A stretch of 64,000 bases of DNA, taken from contig NC_058375.1 of NCBI RefSeq assembly GCF_018350175.1, positions 104,160,001-104,224,000 of the forward strand, given 5' to 3'. A model generated the notes under the pieces. It ran no database searches, had not been told where the DNA came from, and saw only the letters and a program-made list of their open reading frames with translations. Position numbers and translations under genes: made by a program. Every line of letters begins with the position of its first letter. The stretch's first letter is position 1. The DNA comes from Felis catus. Lineage: Eukaryota. Shown here in pieces: positions 12,446-24,148 of this stretch.

Positions 12446-13254
12446 GTGCTGACCTGAAAGGCCTGCTCTCCATTGTGGGCACAGGCCACAGCTATTTACA
12501 CAGAATCACTGTACAGTATTTACAGCAAGATGCCAGACACAGCATCATTCTGGATAGGCAAAGAAGGGGTGGGAACAGGCTAGGGAACAAAGCCCTGAAA
12601 TAAAAGTGTAAGTGGAAATCTGCAGGTGTGAGCAGAGGGAAGGGCCAAGTCATGAGGGAGGCCGGTGAGGTAGACATGAAGGAAGAACCATTGCCCATCT
12701 CTGGTGCGTAAGGGGAGAGTCCACTGGGACAAAAGTCTTTAAAATTATGATCTGGTGGCATTTGAAAGGGATAAAATCTGCTACAAGTCACTTTTGTGAG
12801 GAAAAAGATGAAGGCAGTTAGAACCTCACAGACCACACCTTCTACCTCCCCTTACCAAAAAAGAGTAATTCTGCTGCTGCTTAAAATGCCCAGGACAGCA
12901 AACGGAGAAGGTTTAAAAAAAAAAAAAAAAAAAAAAGAAAAGAAAAAGATGTAGAGACGGAATCTTAAATAGACTCAGAAGAGACAAAGTAAAAGGGGTC
13001 AAGAGAGACACAGACATTGCACCGGAGGAGGAAAAAACAAAAACTTCGGAAGATCGGAACATCAGAATCACCCCGTTGACTTCATAAGTCACCTCTCCTC
13101 ACCTCACCTTTCCCAAAGCTCCTCTCTCTTACCCCTGAATCCTGGGATTTTCACTTTAACCGAGGAGGAGAATTAGAATGAGACTGGTATACTGGGGACG
13201 ATCTAAGATTGCATCTTACCAATTCAGATCCCCTCCTTATCTTGTACCAAAATA

Positions 13255-16200
13255 TCAGGGCTTGAGTCTTAGCCAAGGGCAGATTAGGGTAAGAATAGAC
13301 AAAATGGAGGACACAAGGCCACAAAGCCCCACAATCCCAGGGCCACAGCGCCAGAGGCCTAGTTTGTCCAGTGGAATGAAGAGATCACAGGCATTTCTGA
13401 CCACATCCAGCAGAAGCGGGGGATGACCTCGAAGGATCCGAGCCAAGAGTAGGACTCGGAGCTGGAGCTTGAGAGCCAGATGAGGCAAGCCTCCTCCTGG
13501 AGTCCCTGGACCCCCAGGTCCTGCATTTTCAATTCCTCCTGGGGCTCCTCCTCCAGACCCCTTCAGTCGCCGGCTACAAGCTGAAGACTCTTGTTCCATC
13601 AGTAGGCGAATCTCATAGGCATCACGGCTCAAGTTCATGATGAGGGAAAACAGATAGTACCTGGGATACACAGGCAAGAAGAGTCAGTAAGGGCAGACAG
13701 TAGCCACTAAGCCCAACAAATAGAACATGTAAACATTTTTTTCCCCCGTAATGCAAAGGGATTATACATTGGGACACCAGCAGTAAGTGCTATTAGCCAC
13801 TATTAAGAATGTCTTCCCAGCTTTCTGTAACTAATCAGCGTTTATGCGTACCTTAAGATCCTGGCTTAACATCATGAGCATCATCAAACCATCCAAGTTC
13901 AACCTCAAATCTCACTTGTCCACTTGGCAAGCCATTAGCACACACACATTTGACATGAACTATAATAATGCAAACGTTTTGAGAGAATGAGCTTCAGTTG
14001 TTTCAGAAACTCAGACACATTATAGATCTTTTAAATCCCATCCTTTTGTTAAAAAAACAAACAAAACAAAACAAAACCAAAAATGGAGGCCCAGAGGTGT
14101 TCAGCAACTTGCTAAACGTGTTAGATTATTAATTCCTTAAGAACAGTCTATGTCTGGGGCACCTGGCTGGCTCAGTCAGTAGAGCATACAACTCTTGATC
14201 TTGGGGTCGTGAGTTTCAGCCCTATGTTGGGCATAGAGATTACTTAGAAAACAAACACCAAACAGTCTGTTTTTGATTTTTAATCCACTATGACAACACT
14301 GGTCTATGCTCAATATAATTGCCCTACCTCTAAAACACATCCTGAATCCAACCCCATCTTTCTCCCTTACACGCTACCAGCACAGTCTCAACCATCGGCA
14401 CCCCTTGCTTGAACTACTACTTTACTCATTTAACTGGTCTCTCCATGGCCACTCTTGCCGCCTGCCCCCAACAATCTAATTTCATCACTCCCCTTAAAAC
14501 TTTCCATGGTTTCCTTCCTGCCCCATTTAAGACGAACTCTAGACACCTTAGGCAAGCTTTCAGAACTCAACGTCTGACCCTGCCTCTTGAACATCATCTT
14601 GAATGTTTCTTGCCCTCAATCACTATGCTCCAACCATATTAGTTTCTTTCTATCTTTTGATCTCATCAAGCTTGTTCCTGTTTTAGGACCCTTATACTGA
14701 CTCATCCATCCACCCGGAATATTCTCCCTCCAAAATCTTCACACGGCTAGTGCTTCCTTGCTCTTCAGGCCTGAGCTTAAATGGCACCTTTTCAGAGAGT
14801 TCCTCATTCTAAGGTAGCGAGCCTTTTACTCTCTACCACACGACCATAATTTAATTTCCTGCACAGCACTTAACTACTCATATTTTTATTTATTGTCTCT
14901 TTATGTTTGTCTCCTCCCATTACCATGTAAGCTCCACTGGAGCAGGGACTCCTTTTATCTTTACCCTTGTACCCTTGTCTAGACTAGTGCCTGGCACACA
15001 GAGCTCCATAAATATTTGTTGAAAGAAATGCATCAACATGGCATATAAACTCTTCTAGGGAGTTGCTTTTCCATAACAGTCCAGCCATGCCTTCACTCCC
15101 ATCCTTCATACACTATAAGCCATGTAATAGCTGTAAATCACTGATAAACATGAGGAGAAAAGCAAGACGTAAATGGAGATGGAAAGATGCTAACATTATA
15201 TAACACAACAAACAGAACCACAGGAAACAAAAATAAAAACAAATACAAATGATGTGTATACAGAGAATTTTAATCCCAAATCATATTTCTCTCCACCTTC
15301 ATTACCCGCCAGCTCCTTAGTCCAAGCCAACATCATCTCTTGGCCATATTAGGACATCTCTTCTGCCCTACCGCAATCCACCTTCCACATTGCAGCAAGA
15401 CAGATCTTCTTTAAACACAATTTGAATCATGTCACATCCCTGTTCGGAACCCATCGTACTTGGGATAGAGTTTAAACAAAACGAAACCAAAGAATCCTAC
15501 CCTTGCCTAAGAGGCCTTGCACGAATGATCTGGCCCCTGCATACATCTCCAGCTGAAACGTACGCCCTTCACTCGATACTGTTCATCATGCTGGCTTCCT
15601 TTCTATTTCTCTAATTCCACAAAATATGTCCTGGTTTAAGGCCTTAGAATATGCTATTTTCTGTTTGAGAAGGTCTTCTCTGCCACTGTTGGCTTTGTCT
15701 AACTTGTACTCAGACTTCAAGTCTAAACTAAAACATTACTCTCTCAAAGAGTTCTTCCTTAGCCTTTCAATTGAAATCGGCCCCCCTTGTTATATATCTC
15801 ATAACACTCTGTACACTTCCACAAATATTGGGTTTGGTATTTGTCTTAATATGGCTCCCCCCACTAGACTAGGAGCATAAAGAGAGTGGGAACCATATGT
15901 ATTTGCCTCTTTGCTTTATTCCTTAGCCCATAGGAAGCACCTCCTAAATATTTTTAGAATGAATGAATGAGCAGGCAGTGAAAGACATAATCTGTGGTAT
16001 AGACAGAAGCACAATGAAATCAATATAGTATCTTAGGCATCATCATGGAGGAAAAATCTGCCTTCCATCTGCCTCCATTCACTATCCTCTGATAGTTTAA
16101 AATCTAAATGAAGACCGGATGCCAAGTGATTAAGACGTGTATATTCTAGGAAGACCCTGAAAGATCTTTCACAAAAGGCAAGGCAGGCAGTACAGGGAAT

Positions 16201-17810
16201 ACAAAAGGNNNNNNNNNNNNNNNNNNNNNNNNNNNNNNNNNNNNNNNNNNNNNNNNNNNNNNNNNNNNNNNNNNNNNNNNNNNNNNNNNNNNNNNNNNNN
16301 NNNNNNNNNNNNNNNNNNNNNNNNNNNNNNNNNNNNNNNNNNNNNNNNNNNNNNNNNNNNNNNNNNNNNNNNNNNNNNNNGTGCACAGCTCGTTTGGCTG
16401 ACTCAAGGGCATCTGCTGAGTTACCCAGTCGTAGAACTTGTGGGGATTAGCAAGGAAAAGCAAGGATTTGGAAGTAGAGGCAAAGAGAGAGTGAGGCACA
16501 GAGAAAGAGAAAAGAAGGTGAAAATGGAGGAAGTGATAGGAACAACATTTTTTTTTTTTAAAGAGGAAAATCAGTTCAAAAAACTTTTTTCTTCAAATTT
16601 TCATCAACTCGTGTCCCAGTTTGGTGTTCTCAGACCTGCCCCATTCTCTCCAATCCTTCATTAGCCTCTTACCCCTGTTCTCTGGTCTCAATCAGGAGGC
16701 CTGCAGAGGATAACTGCAGAGCCAAAGGAGGGGCAAGAATGGGCAGAGGAGGTCAAAAACAGGAAAGAGGGACTGAGGGAGAATAGCTGGGGATGGAGAG
16801 AGTGTTGGAGTAATAAAAGCAAAAGCACAGTTACTTACGCTTTCTTCCTAGGCTCAGATGACTCTCCAGTTGTCGAATTTGTTTCTGTAACTCAGGACTG
16901 GCCCCATGTTTTTGTAGTGCATGGCCAAGAAGGGAGCAGGCATACTGAGCCGCCCTGGAGGAGAGGCCAGGCAATGTAAGGTAGAGAGACCTCCCTAACC
17001 TACCCCTCAAAAAGTCTTCCAAGAGGCAAGTAATGACTTCCCTATTCCCAGTTTGAGACCATTCCCTGTCCTCCTGTATACGCCTGTATCTTACCATTTC
17101 TCCTCCAGGGCAGGGGAAGGGAAAAGCTTAAGGATAAAAAGGAGACTAGAAAGGGCTGAGGGACACCACTTGGAGTTGAGAAAATAAGAGGTTTGACCAT
17201 GATGAAGTCTGAAAGGGACTCTGAAGGCAGCAGGGGATCCATCACAAGCACATCCGTGTGAGAATGTATGTGATACGTAAGGGAGTGGGGGGCAGACGGA
17301 GAGCAGATTATTCTTCAGAATAGGTGAACTGGTAGATTTCAAGGCCCTCTAGCTGAATCGAGACCGGAAGACAGGGCGGAGGCAGAGGAGTTCCCGGATA
17401 ACAGCAGGGTGAGGGGACAAGGGAACGAGAGCCACTCAGCTCTGGGGGCAGAGTCTGGCTCTCCATCGCGGGGCAAATGCTCCTCACGCCACCACCGCCC
17501 AGTGAGTAAAGTGTTGGTCTTATGTGGACATGGCAACCCTTCGCGGCCTCCCCGCTGGCCCACTCGTGCCTCAGTTTCCCCATCCTTCCGGTGAGCAGAA
17601 ACGAATCATCTCACGGCCCGCTCAGATCTGCTCCTGGCTGTCCGTCCGGGCCCCCGTAGCCCGAGCTGACCTTTTGTGACCCCCGTAGTGTGAACGGACC
17701 TCGCCTCACGAGGATCTTCTTCTGCCCCCACCCCCATTCCTATTCGGGCCGCACCTACACAGCCGTTCCCGGGCCTGGCTCTGAGCACTGAAGCGAACCC
17801 AGGCGTCCAT
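13255..17810 (-). CDS. PEX11B: Peroxisomal membrane protein 11B
   Basis: Exon 1 17755-17810 ([18 protein letters not shown]), exon 2 16839-16954 ([17 protein letters not shown]), exon 3 from 16436 ([18 protein letters not shown]) running into the N-gap 16209-16380, exon 4 13255-13660 (Gly-rich loop, TM segment, ends WLRLKP-stop). The gap is large enough for the missing part of exon 3. Confidence 0.96.
14156..14262 (+). mobile_element. Short CAN-SINE in PEX11B intron 3
   Basis: Same short tRNA-Lys-like head and A-rich tail. Confidence 0.8.
14280..15970. mobile_element. LINE2 fragments in PEX11B intron 3
   Basis: L2 3'-end motifs TAGTGCCTGGCACA...TAAATATTTGTTGAA and GAATGAATGAATGA; boundaries approximate. 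Confidence 0.65.
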
Positions 17811-18220
17811 GACAGCGGCAGTCCCGGCTCCGCAGCCCCGCGCCCGCCCCACTTCCCGCCCCTAGTCACGCCTCCTGGACGAGCCAACGGTCGCTCGCGA
17901 GGGACAAACATCCTCCGAAAAGAAAGTGAGTGGGGCCGGCCTCGGAAGCGGAATTTCAGAACGGGAAGCGTTTGTCCTGGGCCAACACCTGCCGTGTTTT
18001 TGTGTGTGTCTCCGTCAGAGCGTACTTTTACCAGGTGGCCTCTGTTTCCTAAGCACGTCTCAGGCGGCACATTCTTCTTTAAATAATCTGGACTGGGGGC
18101 GGGGCTTGCAGGAGTAGGGGCGGGGCGAGAAGGCGCAGATGCCCGGTCGCCTCGGCGGCTGGGATAGGGTTGCCCCTCCCCGGGGATGCTTCCAAAACAC
18201 CCCCAGCACGCGCGCGCGCG

Positions 18221-18263
<43 letters not shown>

Positions 18264-18300
18264 GCGCGCGCACGCTGCGGCCAAATCCAGGGCTCTAGAG
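17400..18300. promoter_or_regulatory. CpG-island promoter of PEX11B, head-to-head with GNRHR2
   Basis: CpG-rich; ETS-like CGGAAG/CGGAA motifs at about 17943-17953; GC boxes GGGGCGGGG at about 18096-18126. PEX11B ATG at 17810 (-) and GNRHR2 ATG at 18541 (+). Confidence 0.8.
18206..18275. repeat. Compound microsatellite (CG)10(CA)16(CG)5
   Basis: 70 bp of uninterrupted alternating purine-pyrimidine sequence, read directly. Confidence 0.97.
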
Positions 18301-19176
18301 GCTGAAGAAGTCTATGGGAGTAGAAGCTAGCACCAGATCCCTGCTCCCCGCAGGACCCTGACGGTTGGCCGGTGACCTCCAGAATACAGATGGAGAGTCT
18401 CCAGGGACAGAGGCTTTAGTGGACGAAATTCGCACTAACCAGCTAACCCTTCCTAATAAGAAGGGCGAAGACTCAGTGGACGAAGCTAACCTCTTCATAC
18501 TCACCCTCCATCCCCTCACCCCTTTCCCTTCCAGATCACCATGTCTATAGGCAAGGCACCCCTCGGGGGTTAGCTGCGGAGGAGGTCTGGGCGGGATCAG
18601 TAGAGGTGGTGGGATCAGAGCTCCTCACCTTCTCAGCTGCAGCCAAGGTCTGAGTGGGACTGACCATTGTACTGTTTCTTTGGCTGTAGGGAACCTGACC
18701 ATGCTGTGGTCAGTGACTCGGCCACGACCCAGCCAACTCCATCCTTCCCCTGTGCAACTCTTTGCCCAATTAGCAGCTGCTGACTTGTCACCTTTGTGGC
18801 CCCTAGATGCCACTTGGAATATCACTGTTCAATGGCTGGCCGGGGACATTGCGTGTCGGACACTCATGTTCCTGAAACTAATGGCCATGTATGCTGCAGC
18901 CTTCCTGCCTGTGGTCATTGGACTCCACCGCCAGGAAGCAGTACTCCACTCGCATGGACCCCGCTCAGCTGGAAGGAAACTTCTGGAGACAGCCTGAGGA
19001 CTTAGCTTCCTGCTTGCCTTGCCCCAGGTGAGTGACTTGGGACTCAAGGCTAGACTGAACAAGAATTTGGGTATGCAACATAAACCTTTGGAGTCAAGAG
19101 GTGTGCTTGGCCAGTGGTCACCCAATAATCCTTAGAGTGGAGTCTGCTGTTTTGCCAATTAAGATCATTGCATGTT

Positions 19177-19377
19177 GGGGCACCTGGGTGGCTCACTCGG
19201 TTAAGTGCCCAACTTTGGCTCAGGTCATGATCTTGTGGTTCGTGAATTCAAGCCCAGCATCAGGCTCTGTGCTGACAGCTCAGAGACTGGAGTCTGCTTT
19301 GGACTCTGTGTCTCCGTCTCTCTGTCTCTCCCCTGCTCAACTCTTTCTCAAAAATAAATGAACATTTAAAAAAACCC
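19177..19377 (+). mobile_element. CAN-SINE in GNRHR2 intron 1
   Basis: TSD GATCATTGCATG at 19163-19174 and 19378-19389. Confidence 0.92.
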
Positions 19378-19579
19378 GATCATTGCATGCTAATCTGTAT
19401 CTCTGTTAAGAGCCTACTTCTTAAAAGCAGTACCTGTATCTATGACTCCTTCTTCAGCTTTGTTTTGCTATGCTTGGCTCCCACCTTTTTGCATCTCCCC
19501 AGCTTCACCTTCTTCAGGAGATTATTGCAGAAAACTCTAGGGATTGAAACACATATGGGGGTCTATAAAGAAGACAGTG

Positions 19580-19802
19580 GGGGCGCCTGGGTGGCTCAGT
19601 TGGTTGGGCATCCGACTACGGCTTAGGTCATGCTCTCTCAGTCCATGGGATAGAGCCCTACATCGGGTTCTGTGCTGACAGCTCAGAGCCTGGAGCCTGT
19701 TTCAGATTCTGGGTCTCACTCTCTCTCCGCCATTACCCGTTTGTACTCTCTCAATCTCTCTCTCAAAAATAAACAAACATTAACAAAAAAAAAAAATTAA
19801 AA
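19580..19802 (+). mobile_element. CAN-SINE in GNRHR2 intron 1
   Basis: TSD AAAGAAGACAGTG on both sides. Confidence 0.92.
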
Positions 19803-20820
19803 AAAGAAGACAGTGAAGCCAGGGGCTTTGGGTAAAACTCTGTAGTACATTTACTCATCCATTTAAAAAATTATGTGCATTACTCCTAGGTACACTCAAA
19901 TGCTCTATCAAGGATTGAGCAGCAGAGTCCTGCCTTCAAGAAACTTAGACTAGTGCAGAAAACAAATTAGTATGCAATTGTAGTACAGTATGCAGTCAAG
20001 CATCATGCTAAAGGTAAGCATACGGAGAAGCTAAAGAACAATGAGGGTGTCCGAAACCACTTTTGGACAGTCAGGGAAAGCTTCTCAAAGACATTAAAAC
20101 TGATTGTTTTTGACTTGTTAAGAGAGGTGTTAAACAAGTTAAATAAAGCAGGGAATGGTGGGGAGGTGGAGGGCAAAGGAGTTCAAAGTGGTTGCTGCTA
20201 AAGTTGAGGGCTAGAAAATGGGTGAGTAATGAGCCTGGATGGGAAGGAAACCTCGATTACAAATACTAAGCTTGTACTTTATCCTGAGTGGAGAGGCACT
20301 AAGGTAAAATGTGGAGAGTGAAATAATCAGATTTATATTTTTTATTCTAGCTTTATTGTGAAAACTGCAAAGAACGCTAGAAAGAAAACAGAGCATGTGA
20401 ACTTGGATACAGTTATCAAATCTCAAATATTGACAATGAAGTAGAAATCTAGGGGAAAAAAATGAAATATGAAGCAATTCCTTTAAGACCAAAACCTTTA
20501 AGACCCCCCTCTGAGGGGAAGGAGTAGAGCAGCATTTCGGACACCAGGATTAGGATTCTATGTGGAAGGGCTGTGGAATGATAATGTATTATAGAATCAG
20601 ATTTAAAATCTGATCCCTAAATCCTCAAATATTAGAAATGTAACTACCAAAAGTTAGCCTGACTATAGTTCTAAGATAAAAAATATTGCTTCCAACAATA
20701 TGTTGCAACAGGACCTCTGCTACCCAGAGCTTTAAAAAGCAGCATTGTTGCCTCAGTGTAAAAGTTGTTAGTTTTTTATATGAAACAAATTTTAGATGTG
20801 GACTGGGAGTTAGAAGCCTG

Positions 20821-21042
20821 TTTTTTTTTTTTTAAGGTTTATTTATTTTGAGAGATAAAGACAGCAGAAGCAGGGAAGGGGCAGAGACAGAGAGAGAGAG
20901 AGAGAGAAAAAAAAATCCCAAGCAGGCTCTGCATTGTCTGGGCAGAGTCAGATGCAGGGCTCAATCCTACGAACCATGAGATCATGACCTGAGCCGAAAC
21001 CAAGAGTCAGATGCTTAACCAACTGAGCCTCCCAGGCACCCC
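20821..21042 (-). mobile_element. CAN-SINE in GNRHR2 intron 1
   Basis: TSD TAGAAGCCTG at 20811-20820 and 21043-21052. Confidence 0.92.
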
Positions 21043-21353
21043 TAGAAGCCTGTTTTTTCTTTTTTTTTTTTTATTGCATTGTTTTGTTTCTTCTGAGTCT
21101 AGGCTCTACTACTGGCTATATCACTTTGTCTAAGTCACTTGAAACCAATGGGCCACAAGATATTAAATAGGAGTTTCATCCTTTGTAACAGACATTCTGA
21201 CAACCGCAGTCCCCATTTGGTTCAACGGCAAACTGATTAACATTATGATACATGTGCAAAAGGTGGTATTTTTGGTTCCAAGTTAGTATCCTCTTGTATA
21301 AATTCTGCATTGCCCACATGTTGTATTTATTTATGTATTTATTTAAAAGTAGG

Positions 21354-21570
21354 GTTTTTTTTTTAATGTTTATTTAGTTTTGAGAGAGAAAGAGACAGAG
21401 TGTGAGTGGGGGAGGGGCAGAGAGCAGAAAAACAGAATCTGAAGCAGGCTCCAGGCTCTGAGCTGTCAGGATGGAGCCTAACATGGGGCTCAAACCCACG
21501 AACCGTGAGATCATGACCTGAGCCGAAATTGGACGCTCAACCGACTGAGCCACCGAGGTGCTCCCCCCGC
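21354..21570 (-). mobile_element. CAN-SINE in GNRHR2 intron 1
   Basis: Typical body; flanking ATGTTGTATTTA duplication. Confidence 0.88.
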
Positions 21571-22238
21571 CCCCATATGTTGTATTTAAAATATCAGTCC
21601 TGCCTTCAAGGACTAATATGTCTGTAAAAAAAAAAAAAAAAAAAAAAAGTGGGTCAAGGAGTACTGGAGTAGTTAGAAATTATCTTTGTAGGCTCAAGTT
21701 TTCACAAGTTGAAAGGAAGGTTTCTATAGTAGGTGGTAAATTGCATATAAAATACGGGAAAGGAAAAACAGACCTAGGACTATGGACCAAACTTCGTACA
21801 GGAGGCTTGCCTATTTTTAATCCCCTTTTCACAATTTGCTAGGCATGGTACAAAACAAAAGAAACCAAGCAAACAAAAAAACCGCAGAAATATATGGACT
21901 CAAGACAGGGAAAGAGGAAAGACCACTCCCCTAACTAGCTCGGAGGAGCTGATCAAAACCCAAAGCCATTCATAAAATTGTCTATGGCTGATACTATTCA
22001 TCTTTCCTAATAGTCCCTCGTGCCTGCTGAAATCACTTTCCCAAATGCCTTAGACCCAGGAATCTGACACCCACTGAGCTTGCTTTATCAAACAGTGACT
22101 CAATCTGCCTTACCTGAACCAAGGTACTAATCCTGAAGCTCTAAACTGAAAAATACTCTTTATGGATTAAAATAAAAACCTCAGCAATTTATCAAAAAGG
22201 GGGAAGGGCAGCCAATAGCATTTGGAAGAATGTTACAT

Positions 22239-22244
22239 TTTATT
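22239..22244 (-). terminator. Candidate distal RBM8A polyadenylation signal (AATAAA)
   Basis: AATAAA about 2.05 kb after the stop, in non-repeat AT-rich sequence. Its use would give a long 3' UTR covering GNRHR2 exons 2-3 in antisense. Confidence 0.5.
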
Positions 22245-24142
22245 ACTTAGCATTGTTTCACTGTTAATAGTTATTGTACATAACACTATTACTGAAGGTC
22301 ATTTCACCTAGTGGCTGCAAAATGGCCTGAAATTTTAGCAGCACCCATTTTATACAAAATTTCTTTTTCCACAGAATTGATTAGACACATCAGAAAAATC
22401 ATTTCAGCTAAAAATGTTGATGTGGTAGAAATATCCTTTTACAAAGTGCAACATTAGGATAGTACTCAAGAAGGCAAGATTCTTTAAGTCCCAGGATTTA
22501 ACGAACTGACTGATGAGCTCCACAGCTGAAAGGAATGATATTTTCAAGATTCTAACCTTTTAAATATGGCACTACAGATGAACCAGTACTCAGCACTGCA
22601 CAGCTCTGCACAGAACGAAGGATGCTGGGAAGACAGTGTGACTGGTGGTGGGAAGGGGGAAGAAGGACCAGTTCTAATAGTCCTCAAACTCCACTCCAGC
22701 TGTTCCTGTTCCACACCGTCCGCCAAGCTGGCCCAGTCTCCTTCATCCAGTGTGTCACCAAAGGCAGTTTCAAGGCTCGATGGCAAGAGACCACCGATAA
22801 CCTCTTCACCTTCTGTTGCCTCTTTCTGCTGCCATGGACTGCCATGAACGTCTGCTATACCTGCACCGTCTTCAGTGGGTCCAGTTCCCGATGAGGAAGG
22901 GGGACCACGGTGAGACTCCAATCCTCGGGCCCTAATCCATACCTTAAAACTATGGCCTCTAGCCTTACTTACTGATCTGATAGCTGTGACCACCAAAAGT
23001 AACTTCATAACCCTATCTCTAGCACCTGATGCTGCAAGTATTTGCCAAATGCCTTCAACTCTAACAACCTTCTAGCTATCCTCTGGGGTTGAGTTAGCTG
23101 GGTACGGAGTAAGGAGAAAGATGATCAGTATTCTCCTTTACTCTTGGATACCATCAAGTCTTCAAGAAGACTTAGTAGCTTCATGTAACACAGCACCTCA
23201 ATCAAAACCTTTTCTCCAGCATGTCTGTCATAATCCTTGGGATGGGGGGACAGGAGGGAAGCATATAGTCCCAGTTTGGGAAGGGAAGAGGGTTTACAGC
23301 ATTACCTATTTGCCATATTTTCTTCCTTGTATTGGGAGAGCTCCAGCTCACGATCTCTGCCACTCATCCATTCACCCTACACTCAACTCAGAAGCTGAGG
23401 GGTTCTGAAATTGCATATATTTTCTAAATTCCCAACCCCTGCCAGTGAATTTGCCCTCTGCTGCTCCTTAGACAATTGTTCCCATGTTCGTCTGCGGGCC
23501 CTGGGACTGGCCCTAGTTGTCTTGCTGACGTTTGTCCTCTGTTGGGACATCTTATTACCTGCTAGAACTGTGGTACTGGTTCTCCCCCATCATGCTAACT
23601 GAAGTCCCTCCCAGCCTCAGCCACATCCTTTTCCTTTCTGGCCTCTTCAGTGTTCCTCTGGATCCTCTCCTCTATGGAGCCTTTACCCTTGGCTGCTGAA
23701 GGCACCAAGAACACAGTAGAGACTCCTCCAGGGAAAAAGGCTCTGAGAGAATGCCCCAACAAGAGATTCAAGCCCTTAGACAGCTGGAAGTACAAACAAA
23801 TGTGGCAGCAAGGACAGAAGAAACAAAAGAGACATTCCTGTAACATCCATCTGCCCAGGACAGAGTATACAGAAACAGAACAATTATTCTTTAATATCAC
23901 AAGAACACCTCACTTCTGCCCGTGCTCTCTTAGCTTCCAAGAAAAAGAAATACCAAGCAGTGTTCTCTACTTTGACCCTAGCTGAAACTTGAAGACTATA
24001 TCTAATGTAAAAAATCACACAGAATCGAGTCCCTAGAGGTATCTCCACAGTGACCCATACTGCCTTACCATAAATAGTTCTTCAGAGCTTGCAATGTTAG
24101 AACAGAAAAGTAATTTTAAATGTACAAAACAAAAATGGGACA

Positions 24143-24148
24143 TTTATT
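24143..24148 (-). terminator. Proximal RBM8A polyadenylation signal (AATAAA)
   Basis: AATAAA on the minus strand about 150 nt after the stop codon. Confidence 0.7.

Larger units (their letters stand above)
18541..23854 (+). pseudogene. GNRHR2: Type II GnRH receptor unitary pseudogene (3 exons)
   Basis: Exon 1 18541-19027, exon 2 22700-22909, exon 3 about 23436-23854. GPCR motifs LAAADL, PLDATWNITVQW, CRTLMFLK, QCVTKGSF and DPLLY are recognisable. The ATG frame stops at 18571-18573. Further TGA stops at 18651, 18995, 22892 and 23697, several frameshifts, and an exon 3 acceptor that reads AA instead of AG (23434-23435). Confidence 0.95.

Noticed and set aside
16209-16436. Apparent truncation or pseudogenisation of PEX11B exon 3
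   Set aside because: The missing part lies in an N-gap of sufficient size and the flanking exons are intact.
17606-18259. 217-aa ORF starting MCVCVCV
   Set aside because: Translation of a microsatellite and CpG island, with no real ATG context.
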